The notes below the pieces were generated by a model. That model had not been told where the DNA came from, did no database searches, and saw only the letters and a list, made by a program, of their open reading frames with translations. Made by a program: the position numbers and the translations under genes. DNA of 16,397 bases from a virus (lineage: Duplodnaviria; Heunggongvirae; Uroviricota; Caudoviricetes), in IMG/VR virus record IMGVR_UViG_2778261693_000004, positions 1-16,397 of that record; one strand, 5' to 3'. How positions within the stretch are numbered: position 1 is the first letter of the stretch; the number at the start of each line of letters is the position of its first letter. Positions 16,142 to 16,397 of the stretch are shown one piece after another.

Positions 16142-16158
16142 GGAATTATTAGAGCAAT
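16142..16158 (-). promoter_or_regulatory. C1 operator, distal site of the inverted pair
   Basis: ggaattATTAGAGCAAT, 14/17 to the reverse-complement consensus. Confidence 0.6.
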
Positions 16159-16270
16159 ATTATTCTGATTCTCGCTCAAAAAACGCGCTAATGAGAGGAA
16201 GCCAATCCTCTGACACTTCACGCGGTCGCGGTTTGCCATGGAAGAAGATTATTCGGCAGTCTTTTGGTAA

Positions 16271-16397
16271 TGATCTTACCCAGCAATAGTGGACACGCGG
16301 CTAAGTGAGTAAACTCTCAGTCAGAGGTGACTCACATGACAAAAACAGTATCAACCAGTAAAAAACCCCGTAAACAGCATTCGCCTGAATTTCGCAG
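16271..16397 (+). mobile_element. Left end of an IS3-family insertion sequence (IS3-like), running off the window
   Basis: Terminal TGATCTTACCCAGCAATAGTGGACACGCGG… followed by an orfA start, both of which I recognise as the IS3 left end. Confidence 0.75.
16336..16397 (+). CDS. IS3-family transposase OrfA, N-terminal fragment
   Basis: ATG at 16336 with GAGGTG Shine-Dalgarno; translation MTKTVSTSKKPRKQHSPEFR…. Confidence 0.75.
   Translation, partial: MTKTVSTSKKPRKQHSPEFR

Noticed and set aside
16080-16289. 69-aa plus-strand ORF
   Set aside because: It crosses the IS3 boundary at 16271, so as drawn it is a chimera; at most its 5' part is the remnant of an interrupted gene.
1-16397. CRISPR arrays, tRNA or rRNA genes
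   Set aside because: No regularly spaced direct repeats and no tRNA- or rRNA-like segments seen.

Overview
This window reads as a segment of a P1-family phage-plasmid, reverse-complemented relative to the usual P1 map. Anchors I recognise directly from sequence are Cre recombinase (2315-3346, minus strand), an exact 34-bp loxP site (3765-3798), the Coi/C1 immunity genes, the phd-doc addiction module, the UmuD'-like humD with a LexA box, and Ref. Nine copies of the C1 operator motif (ATTGCTCTAATAAATTT-like) sit in front of most transcription units. Left of cre the order looks P1-like (cra, ref, a mat-position gene, and the 3' end of a probable res). Right of loxP the order is coi, c1, then a convergent block (antirepressor-like gene, two doc-distal genes, doc, phd, humD), a plus-strand two-gene cassette, a roughly 1-kb AT-rich gene-poor stretch, and two C1-operator-fronted minus-strand operons of uncharacterised genes, ending in the left end of an IS3-family insertion sequence at the window edge. 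Several genes appear damaged: an in-frame TAA splits the antirepressor, an in-frame TAG lies in the plus-strand gene at 9114, a PP-loop gene is frameshifted, and the IS lies beside an operator pair. No terminase-like ORF or pac-like repeat cluster lies between c1 and doc, where I recall P1 carrying lpa-pacA-pacB. All identifications rest on reading the translations and motifs and on memory of P1; no searches were run.
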